Assembly: GCA_021849075.1 (NCBI GenBank)
Contig: JAJZTH010000016.1
Location: forward strand, 1,505-65,504
Direction: 5' to 3'
Length of the DNA stretch: 64,000 nucleotides
DNA from: Pseudomonadota bacterium
GTDB taxonomy: Bacteria; Pseudomonadota; Alphaproteobacteria; Sphingomonadales; Sphingomonadaceae
Positions 18,466 through 26,193 of the stretch are shown one piece after another. A program made the position numbers and the translations under genes. The stretch's first letter is position 1. Each line of letters opens with the position of its first letter. A model generated the notes under the pieces. It saw only the letters and a list, made by a program, of their open reading frames with translations, ran no database searches and was not told the DNA's origin.

Positions 18466-19845
18466 ATGATCAAAGTAATTTTACGAACGCTTATGATGAC
18501 TTGCTGTCTTTCTGCCTGTGCAGAGACGACCAGCGTTTATCATAATCGCGCCATCGATACCGCAACGCCGCGCGCCATCACCATGGATGCCTATCAGCGG
18601 AGCGTGTTTTTCAACAAATTTGGTGAAAACGATCTGCGGATTTGCGCGGAGGCTGCGCCCGACGCTTTTTCCGCGCTCAGCGCCAGCCTGGCTGCCGAAG
18701 CGGATGTGGTCAAGAAAAGCGGCAGTCTGGCTGCCGCCCTGTCGCAATCGGGCGCGACGATCGAACGCACCCAGACCATCAACATGCTACGCGAATCCAT
18801 GTACCGGACGTGTGAACGCTATTTGTCCGGCGGTATCAGCCGTGAAACATTGATTGTCCAGGCGGCGCGCGATCAGCGCAACATGGTGGACATTCTGGCG
18901 ATCGAACAATTGACCCGCACCGCCCGGCTGCCATCGGTCATCATCGCCGGCGGTGCAACGTCCGCCAGCGTACCCAATCGCGCGCTGATCGATATGGTGA
19001 CGGGCTTCAAGACGGAGAGGGATACGGCGACCAAGGCACGGGATGCGGCCAAGGCGGCGTTCGATGCGGCTGATGGATCGGGCAAATGCAGCAGTGTCGC
19101 GACCCAGCCCGCCGATGATAGCGGGACGCCCACCAAGACGGCATGGGACGCCTGCAAGGCGCAGCAGTCGACTCTGGCGGAGCGAGAGGATGATCTGAAA
19201 ACGGCGCAGACCCGACTGGATCAGGCGCTGGCGCTTGGTGGGAATGCGGCCGGAGAGGGAGCGGTGTCCGCAGCGACGCAGGTGGGACAGCAGAGCAACG
19301 GTGCTGGCGGAACTGCGCTGAGCGATACGGCGATCAGCGCCATCGCCAGCGCAGTTCGCGACATTGCGAACAAGCCGGGTATCGACGAAGCCATGATGTT
19401 CTGCATCGCTTATGTCGGGACCAAGCCGGATAAGGTGCCGGCAGTTGTCGCCGCGACTCTTGATCCAGACATCAAGAAATTGTGCATCGATACGATCGCC
19501 AAGCGGGCGGCGCAGGATGAGCAAATCCGTGCAGAAGAATATCGATTGCAAAGCGGCGGCGCGGATATTTCGATCCGGGACTATCATAACGCTGATCAGG
19601 TCGCCGCGCAGAACAGAAGCATATTGCTGCGCTACCTCACCGCCGCAGATGCAAAGGAACGTCAGCGGCGGCTGGCGCTTGTTGGCCGGGAGGTCGTGGG
19701 TATGGGTTATTCCGCCGCACCGCAGGATATTTTCGATCTGGTTACGATGGGAAATGTCGCGCTGACGACTAACTTGTTGCGTGCCGTGCGGATCGCGGAA
19801 CAGAATCCAGCCGGACAGGCGGCGCTCGCAAATCCATCCAACTGA
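18466..19845 (+). CDS. Orphan lipoprotein, no recognisable domain
   Basis: AGGTGG SD, then MIKVILRTLMMTCCLSAC|AETT (lipobox LSAC, Ala at +2). The mature part has six Cys, a coiled-coil-like middle and an Ala/Gly-rich linker. GC is lower than in the flanks. Confidence 0.7.
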   Translation: MIKVILRTLMMTCCLSACAETTSVYHNRAIDTATPRAITMDAYQRSVFFNKFGENDLRICAEAAPDAFSALSASLAAEADVVKKSGSLAAALSQSGATIERTQTINMLRESMYRTCERYLSGGISRETLIVQAARDQRNMVDILAIEQLTRTARLPSVIIAGGATSASVPNRALIDMVTGFKTERDTATKARDAAKAAFDAADGSGKCSSVATQPADDSGTPTKTAWDACKAQQSTLAEREDDLKTAQTRLDQALALGGNAAGEGAVSAATQVGQQSNGAGGTALSDTAISAIASAVRDIANKPGIDEAMMFCIAYVGTKPDKVPAVVAATLDPDIKKLCIDTIAKRAAQDEQIRAEEYRLQSGGADISIRDYHNADQVAAQNRSILLRYLTAADAKERQRRLALVGREVVGMGYSAAPQDIFDLVTMGNVALTTNLLRAVRIAEQNPAGQAALANPSN

Positions 19846-19858
19846 AAGGGGATAGACC

Positions 19859-20059
19859 ATGGCCATTCGCATCCTTCGCAATGTTCCGGCCAACGAAGTC
19901 GCCGCCGTAACCCAGCTTGCGCTTGATACCGGTGCGACCAGTGTCACGCCGTCACCGGAGACGGACGGTGAATTTACGCTGATGATCGTCTATCCCGATC
20001 AGGAGAGTTTCGCGAAAATGCGTGCGCGGGTTGCCGGCCCGGTGCCGCCCGTCGCGTAA
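19859..20059 (+). CDS. 66-aa hypothetical protein co-oriented with the lipoprotein gene
   Basis: AAAGGGGA SD 6 nt upstream and a 13-nt gap after the lipoprotein stop. No signal peptide and no recognisable motif. Confidence 0.5.
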   Translation: MAIRILRNVPANEVAAVTQLALDTGATSVTPSPETDGEFTLMIVYPDQESFAKMRARVAGPVPPVA

Positions 20060-20127
20060 CAGAATAGCGCGGCCGACAGGTCTTCCTGCCGACTGCGCCA
20101 TGTGCTGTTACAAAACCAGGCGTTCGA

Positions 20128-21723
20128 TCAGGCCGCTTGCGCCGCCTCTTCGCTGGCGGGCAGGCGGATGAGGTAGTCGAAGGCGGACAGCGCCGCCGTC
20201 GATCCTGCGCCCATGGCGATCACGATCTGCTTGTAGGGGACAGTCGTGCAGTCGCCCGCCGCGAAGATGCCTGGCTGGCTGGTTTCGCCGCGTGCGTCGA
20301 TCTCGATCTCGCCGCGGGGCGACAGGGCGATCGCGTCCTTCAGCCATTCGGTGTTGGGAACCAGGCCGATCTGGACGAAAATGCCCTCCAGTTCGACATC
20401 ATGTTCGGTGCCATGATTGCGATCCTTGTAGGACAGGCCCGTCACCCGCTCGCCATTGCCATCGACCTTGGTGGTCAGCGCTGATGTGATGATCTTCACG
20501 TTCGGCAGGCTGGCGAGCTTGCGCTGCAACACCGCGTCGGCGCGCAGCTGGCTATCATATTCGATCAGCGTCACATGGGCGACGATGCCGGCCAGATCGA
20601 TGGCCGCTTCGACGCCGCTATTGCCGCCGCCGATCACGGCCACGCGCTTGCCCTTGAACAGCGGACCATCGCAATGCGGGCAGTAAGCCACGCCCTTGTT
20701 GCGATATTCGTCTTCGCCGGGCACGCCCATCTGCCGCCAGCGCGCGCCGGTGGAAAGGATGATGGTGCGACCTTTCAGCGATGCGCCATTTGCCAGCACA
20801 ACCTCATGATAGCCGCCTTCGGCCTTGGCCGGGATCAGTTTCGCCGCCTTTTGCAGGTTCATGATCTCGACATCATAATCCTTTACATGGGCTTCCAGCG
20901 CGGAGGCGAGCTTTGGCCCTTCGGTGCGCGATACGGAGATGAAATTTTCGATATCCATGGTGTCGAGCACCTGACCGCCGAAGCGTTCGGCCGCGACACC
21001 GGTGCGGATGCCCTTGCGCGCCGAATAGATGGCGGCCGCCGCGCCGGCGGGACCACCGCCGATCACCAGCACTTCGAACGGGTCCTGCGCCTTGATCTTC
21101 TCGGCTGCGCGGGCTTCGGCGCCGCTGTCAATCTTGGCGACGATCTGTTCCAGCTCCATCCGGCCCTGGCCGAACGGTTCGCCGTTCAGGAACACGGTCG
21201 GCACCGCCATGATCTTGCGCGCGTCGACTTCATCCTTGAACAGGCCACCGTCGATGGCGACATGGCTGATCCGGGGGTTCAAGACGCTCATCAGGTTGAG
21301 CGCCTGCACCACGTCCGGGCAATTCTGGCAGGATAGCGAGAAATAGGTTTCGAACGCGAAGTCGCCGTCCAGATCCTTGACTTGGCTGATCAGATCTTGG
21401 GCCGCCTTCGACGGGTGGCCGCCGACCTGCAGCAGCGCCAGCACCAGCGAGGTGAATTCATGGCCCATCGGCAGGCCGGCGAAGGTCACGCCGATATCCG
21501 TGCCGACACGGCGGATCATGAAGCTGGGCTTGCGCTTGTCCGCGCCGGTCACGACCGAAACCTTGTCGGAAAGTGCCGCGATTTCAGTCAGCAATTCGTT
21601 CATTTCGCGCGACTTCGCGCCATCGTCCAGCGACGCCACCAGCTCGATGGGCTGCGTGATGTTCGCCATATAGGTCTTGAGCTGACCCTTGAGATTTGCG
21701 TCCAACATCTTGTGCTTCTCCAT
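20128..21723 (-). CDS. ahpF: Alkyl hydroperoxide reductase subunit F
   Basis: 531 aa with CQNCP and CPHCDG redox motifs and GGGPAG/GGGNSG dinucleotide folds. Confidence 0.95.
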   Translation of the reverse strand: MEKHKMLDANLKGQLKTYMANITQPIELVASLDDGAKSREMNELLTEIAALSDKVSVVTGADKRKPSFMIRRVGTDIGVTFAGLPMGHEFTSLVLALLQVGGHPSKAAQDLISQVKDLDGDFAFETYFSLSCQNCPDVVQALNLMSVLNPRISHVAIDGGLFKDEVDARKIMAVPTVFLNGEPFGQGRMELEQIVAKIDSGAEARAAEKIKAQDPFEVLVIGGGPAGAAAAIYSARKGIRTGVAAERFGGQVLDTMDIENFISVSRTEGPKLASALEAHVKDYDVEIMNLQKAAKLIPAKAEGGYHEVVLANGASLKGRTIILSTGARWRQMGVPGEDEYRNKGVAYCPHCDGPLFKGKRVAVIGGGNSGVEAAIDLAGIVAHVTLIEYDSQLRADAVLQRKLASLPNVKIITSALTTKVDGNGERVTGLSYKDRNHGTEHDVELEGIFVQIGLVPNTEWLKDAIALSPRGEIEIDARGETSQPGIFAAGDCTTVPYKQIVIAMGAGSTAALSAFDYLIRLPASEEAAQAA

Positions 21724-21820
21724 GGGGTTGGCGCGCCGCAGCGGGGCACGCGACTATTTTGTCGCCGGACATGGTGCGACCCGAAGGCCCGGCGTCAAAG
21801 ATAGCGATGAATTTCGGTAT

Positions 21821-21841
21821 AAAAACCCCGCCGGGCCGGGG
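21821..21841 (-). terminator. Weak hairpin plus U5 between ahpC and ahpF (possible attenuator)
   Basis: The minus strand reads CCCCG-gcccgg-CGGGG-TTTTT, 48 nt after the ahpC stop. Confidence 0.4.
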
Positions 21842-21888
21842 AGCGTCTGGCTCGACCCGGTCCGGCAGGCGCCTTTGCAGGTCTTTAC

Positions 21889-22452
21889 TTAGATCTTGCC
21901 GACCAGGTCGAGCGAAGGCGCCAGGGTGGCTTCGCCTTCTTCCCACTTGGCGGGGCAGACTTCGCCCGGGTGGCTGGCCCAGTACTGAAGCGCCTTCACC
22001 TTGCGGAGCAGTTCGGCTGCGTTGCGGCCCACGCCCTCGGGGGTGATTTCAACCAGCTGGATTACGCCTTCGGGATCGAGGACGAAGGTGCCACGGTCGG
22101 CCAGACCAACGCCTTCGCGCAGAACGCCGAACTGGTTGGAAATGTCGTGGTTCTGGTCGCCCAGCATATAATAGTTGATCTTGCCGATGGCCGGCGAGGT
22201 GTCGTGCCAAGCCTTGTGGCAGAAATGGGTGTCGGTCGACACCGAATAGACTTCCACATCCATGCCCTGCAGGGTCGGGTAGATGTCGGCCAGATCTTCC
22301 AGCTCGGTCGGGCAGACGAAGGTGAAGTCGGCCGGGTAGAAGAAGAAGACGGCCCACTTGCCCTTCACGTCGGCATCGGTGACGTCGACGAACTTGCCTT
22401 CCTTGTACGCGGTGGCCTTGAAAGGCTTGAGGGGGGTATTGATAAGAGCCAT
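21889..22452 (-). CDS. ahpC: Peroxiredoxin AhpC (typical 2-Cys)
   Basis: FFFYPADFTFVCPTEL peroxidatic Cys motif and a C-terminal EVCPAKW resolving Cys. Confidence 0.96.
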   Translation of the reverse strand: MALINTPLKPFKATAYKEGKFVDVTDADVKGKWAVFFFYPADFTFVCPTELEDLADIYPTLQGMDVEVYSVSTDTHFCHKAWHDTSPAIGKINYYMLGDQNHDISNQFGVLREGVGLADRGTFVLDPEGVIQLVEITPEGVGRNAAELLRKVKALQYWASHPGEVCPAKWEEGEATLAPSLDLVGKI

Positions 22453-22557
22453 GGGCTGTCCAGTTCCTTGCTTAAGGGGTTGCTGTTGCCCGACCCATGT
22501 AGGGAAGCGATCGATTCGGGGGAAATTGGTTTTCTCGGACGTGTTAAGTGAGAAAAA

Positions 22558-22582
22558 CGATCAATGGCCACCCGATTGATCG
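22558..22582. promoter_or_regulatory. Perfect 8-bp inverted repeat (CGATCAAT-N9-ATTGATCG) upstream of ahpC
   Basis: Read directly from the sequence. It lies 106-130 nt upstream of the ahpC ATG, and a related half-site GCGATCGATTC is at 22507-22517. Confidence 0.45.
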
Positions 22583-22593
22583 ACCGCCTTATC

Positions 22594-23232
22594 CTATGTC
22601 TCCAGCGCCTGATGCATTGCCTTGTCCACCATCGCCTGTGCTTCTTCGGGCGAAAAGGCGGATCGGTCGAGGCATAGTTCCAGCCACAGACCATCGACCA
22701 ATGCGGTCAGGCTGATCGCGGCGATGCGGGCCTGCGCATCGGTCATGGCCGGGGCGGCGGCGCGCAGCAGCGCTTCGAGCTGGGCGCGCGATCCGCCATA
22801 AACGTCGGCATGAATGGCGGCGATCTGCAGATCGGACTTCACCAGGCTCCAGAAGGCGATCCAGGTGGCGAGCAGACCTGGATCGAGCACTGGTGGCGCA
22901 AAATTGGCGAGAAGGCAGGCGCGAAGCCGGTTGCGAGGATCATCGCCCGCCGCTTCCACAGCAGCGTCCAGCGCCGCCGACACCCGCGCGCCGACATCAT
23001 GATAGGTCGCCAGGATCAGCGCATCGACGCCGTCGAAATAATGGGTGAGCAGTCCGGAGGAGACGCCCGCACGGGCGCAGATGGCGCGTACCGATGTGCC
23101 GCCAACCCCCTTTTCCGCCAGGCACAATGCCGTCGCATCGATGAGCGCCTGTCGCCGCACATCGGCACTTTCCCTTACGAAACGCGCGCGTTCGCGTGGT
23201 CCGTTCACGCGACTCTCCAACTTCTGCTTCAT
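22594..23232 (-). CDS. TetR/AcrR-family transcriptional regulator
   Basis: N-terminal HTH RRQALIDATALCLAEKGVGGTSVRAICARAGVSSGLLTHYF. Confidence 0.85.
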   Translation of the reverse strand: MKQKLESRVNGPRERARFVRESADVRRQALIDATALCLAEKGVGGTSVRAICARAGVSSGLLTHYFDGVDALILATYHDVGARVSAALDAAVEAAGDDPRNRLRACLLANFAPPVLDPGLLATWIAFWSLVKSDLQIAAIHADVYGGSRAQLEALLRAAAPAMTDAQARIAAISLTALVDGLWLELCLDRSAFSPEEAQAMVDKAMHQALET

Positions 23233-23352
23233 GTTCAGTCCCCCTGCTTCCCTTTGGGCGCAGTCGCGGCGGCTGGCAAGAGAGGCTATTATGGGGATCG
23301 AACCGGCGGGCTGGCGGGTTGTGGTGGGGACTGTTACCGGATCAAGGAGAAT

Positions 23353-23817
23353 ATGGCGATGTTGCGTGCGATCGTGATGTCACTGGCTTTGCCGGCGTTG
23401 CTGGCCGGCTGCGCCAAGAGCGCCGACAATCAGGCTGCGGCCAATAACAGCGCGCAGCCGCCCGTTATCGAAAATGTCGATGACGCCGATTCCGCGCCGG
23501 TCCCCAATGCGGCGGCGGATGCGCGCCTGCCCACCGACGACTGGGTCGGGCGCTGGACCGGGCCGGAGGGGCTGTTTCTGGACATTCAACCCGCACCCGA
23601 TGGTCAGCGCGGCCATTATGCGCTGACCAACAAGGATAATCTGGATCGGCAGGGCGATTATCAGGGTGTTGCCGACGGGACGACGATCCGCTTCGTACGC
23701 GATGGCAAGGATTTGGCCATCCGTCCCGGCAAGGGGGCGGATACGGGCTTTAAATATCTGACCGACAAGCAGGATTGCCTGATCGTCGTGCCGGGGCAGG
23801 AAGGCTATTGCCGCTGA
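23353..23817 (+). CDS. Small lipoprotein, hypothetical
   Basis: Internal start of ORF 22810-23817: GGAGAAT SD, then MAMLRAIVMSLALPALLAGC|AKS lipobox. It is divergent from the TetR gene. Confidence 0.65.
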   Translation: MAMLRAIVMSLALPALLAGCAKSADNQAAANNSAQPPVIENVDDADSAPVPNAAADARLPTDDWVGRWTGPEGLFLDIQPAPDGQRGHYALTNKDNLDRQGDYQGVADGTTIRFVRDGKDLAIRPGKGADTGFKYLTDKQDCLIVVPGQEGYCR

Positions 23818-23841
23818 TCCCTGCCCCGGTCACACGCGGGA

Positions 23842-25938
23842 TCACAGGGCGATGCCGGTTTCGATCAGTTGATCGGACGCGCCGCCGACGAACAGCCGGT
23901 AATCGCCATGCTCCAGCTGCCATGCATGGCGATCCGGGTTGCGCCAGCGCAGCGTGTCGATATCGACCGACAGCCGCACGATTCGCGCTTCGCCCGGCTC
24001 CAGCGCGACCCGATCGAAGGCGCGCAGCAGCTTGACCGGGCGTTCCGCTTCGCGACCGGGGCAGCCGATATAGAGTTGAACGACCTCCTGCGCGGCGACG
24101 TCGCCCTCATTCGTCACCGTCACCGCGACATCTATGGCATTACCGTTGCGATGCGCCTTGAGCGCGCGATAGCCAAACCGGCTGTAGGACAGGCCATGAC
24201 CAAAGGCATAGCGCGGGGTCAGCTCTTCGCGATCCAGCTTGGTGTAGCCATGCCAATAGCCATAATCGATCTGCGTCGCATCCCGATCAAAAAAGGGATA
24301 ATCGGCGGTGTCGCGCGCGACGGTGAAGGGCAGTTTGCCTGACGGGCTGACCGCGCCGAACAGCAATTTGGCGAAGGCGGTGCCGCCTTCCATCCCGGCA
24401 TAAAAGCCCATCAGAATCGCATTGGCGCGATCCCGCCAGCTTTCGACCATCACCGCCGATCCGGCGACGATGACGACCACGACCGGCTTGCCGCTGACGG
24501 CCGCAGCATGGATCAGCGCAATCTGATCGTCGGGCAGGTCGAGCGACACGCGATCGCCGCCGATCGGCGTGGGCGACAGGCTGGGCCGGGGGGAGGGGCC
24601 GCGATTCTGGTCGGCGCCAAGGGCGATGTCGCCCATGATATATTCGCCTTCCTCCTTGGCGGTGTAGCCGACCACCACGACCACAGCGTCAGCCTGCTCC
24701 GCCGCCCGCCGTGCGGCGTCCAGATCGCTTTCGTCGGCGTGCAGCACGGCGTCTTCGCCCAGCGCCCGGCGCAATCCTTCCAGATGGGTGACGACATAGG
24801 GCGGGCGCACCCGGCTGGAGCCATTGTCGCCGGTATTTTCCATCGCGGCGATCCGGCCCAGCAGGGCGATGCGCTTCACCCGGTCGGACGAGAAAGGCAG
24901 AACGCCGTCATTTTCCAGTAGCACGGCGCATTTTTCGGCCGCCTCCAGCGCCAGTGCGCGGTGATCGGCGCAGGCGATAAGGTCGGCGGGATAGGCGGGC
25001 AGCGGATCCTGCATGCGGGCGAAACGGATCTGCGTGCTCAGGATGCGGCGGCAGGCGCGATCCACCACATAGGGTTCGACCAGCCCGTCCTCGACCGCTG
25101 TCACCAGCTTTTCGCCCAATATCAGCGGTTCGGGATTTTCGATGTCGAGACCGGCCGACACGCCATAGACTTTGTACACGCCGCGCACCCAGTCGGAATG
25201 GACGAAGCCGTCAAATGTCCATTCGTCGCGCAATATGTCGGTCAGCAGCACGCGATCCTGCCCGCAATATTCGCCATTCACCTTGTTATAGGCGGTCATG
25301 ACCGATGCGATGCCGGCGTCCAGGCAATATTTGAAATGGGGCAGATAGACTTCGTGCAGCGTCCGTTCATCCGCCCGAACATCGACCTTGAACCGGGCAT
25401 TTTCCATGGAATTGAGGGCGAAATGCTTGACCGTGGCGATGATGTTGTGGGTCTGGATGCCGGTGCCCATCGCCGCGCCCATGACGCCCAGATGCCAGGG
25501 GTCTTCGCCATAGGTTTCCTGCGCGCGGCCCCAGGCGGGATGGCGCAACAGGTTGATGCAGACCGCGCCAGAGAAGTTGCAGCCCTGCGCGCGCGCCTCA
25601 ATCCCCATCGCTTCGCCGACGCGCAATTCCAGGTCGGCGTCGAAGGTTGCGCCGCGCGCCATGGTGCAGGGGAAACAGGTGGAGCCGGTGCGGGTGACGC
25701 CGCGCGGCCCATCGGTAAACAATAAAGGCGGGATGCCCAGCCGATCATTGCCGCTGCCCGCGCGATAGGGGCGGGCGCCCCAGACCCGGTCATCTTCCGC
25801 CAGCGCATCGAAGAAGCCATGGCCCGACATCATGTCGACCTTTTCCGCCAGCGTCAGTGCGTTCAGCAGGCTGTCGACATCGGCGTCTGCAAAGGCTGCG
25901 TTGGGAAGGGAAGCTATGTTGTCACTGGATTCGGCCAC
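23842..25938 (-). CDS. Glycoside hydrolase family 3 beta-glucosidase-like enzyme (cytoplasmic, no signal peptide)
   Basis: GH3 motifs FTDGPRG, KHFALNS, GFVHSDW. I prefer the GTG at 25938, preceded by AGAGGA with 6-nt spacing. The ATG at 26034 would place an operator-like palindrome inside the gene. Confidence 0.85.
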   Translation of the reverse strand: MAESSDNIASLPNAAFADADVDSLLNALTLAEKVDMMSGHGFFDALAEDDRVWGARPYRAGSGNDRLGIPPLLFTDGPRGVTRTGSTCFPCTMARGATFDADLELRVGEAMGIEARAQGCNFSGAVCINLLRHPAWGRAQETYGEDPWHLGVMGAAMGTGIQTHNIIATVKHFALNSMENARFKVDVRADERTLHEVYLPHFKYCLDAGIASVMTAYNKVNGEYCGQDRVLLTDILRDEWTFDGFVHSDWVRGVYKVYGVSAGLDIENPEPLILGEKLVTAVEDGLVEPYVVDRACRRILSTQIRFARMQDPLPAYPADLIACADHRALALEAAEKCAVLLENDGVLPFSSDRVKRIALLGRIAAMENTGDNGSSRVRPPYVVTHLEGLRRALGEDAVLHADESDLDAARRAAEQADAVVVVVGYTAKEEGEYIMGDIALGADQNRGPSPRPSLSPTPIGGDRVSLDLPDDQIALIHAAAVSGKPVVVVIVAGSAVMVESWRDRANAILMGFYAGMEGGTAFAKLLFGAVSPSGKLPFTVARDTADYPFFDRDATQIDYGYWHGYTKLDREELTPRYAFGHGLSYSRFGYRALKAHRNGNAIDVAVTVTNEGDVAAQEVVQLYIGCPGREAERPVKLLRAFDRVALEPGEARIVRLSVDIDTLRWRNPDRHAWQLEHGDYRLFVGGASDQLIETGIAL

Positions 25939-25966
25939 GGGATATCCTCTGCCTCTACGGTTTCGG

Positions 25967-25976
25967 TTAGCGCTAA
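25967..25976. promoter_or_regulatory. Perfect 10-bp palindrome TTAGCGCTAA (LacI-family-operator-like core)
   Basis: Embedded in ggTTAGCGCTAAacc, 29 nt upstream of the preferred GH3 start. Confidence 0.5.
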
Positions 25977-26102
25977 ACCAAATGCGCTTCCTTGTCGAGT
26001 GGATTGCTGTTTCCTTTGCGCAACAAGGAGACAATATTCTTCATCGTGCAAAAGATTCCGCAATTGACAAATTGTCTGGAGGGTCTAACAAGAGTGCAGA
26101 AG

Positions 26103-26114
26103 TTTAGCGCTATT
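26103..26114. promoter_or_regulatory. Second copy of the GTTTAGCGCTA motif (core palindrome TAGCGCTA)
   Basis: aGTTTAGCGCTATTc, 80 nt upstream of the TBDR ATG at 26194. Confidence 0.5.
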
Positions 26115-26193
26115 CCAGCGACTGGACCGGGGAGAGGAGAGGCTGTAGAGCCATATCTTCCCTCGCTTCTGCGCTGGCTGGGAGGAGGAAAAA

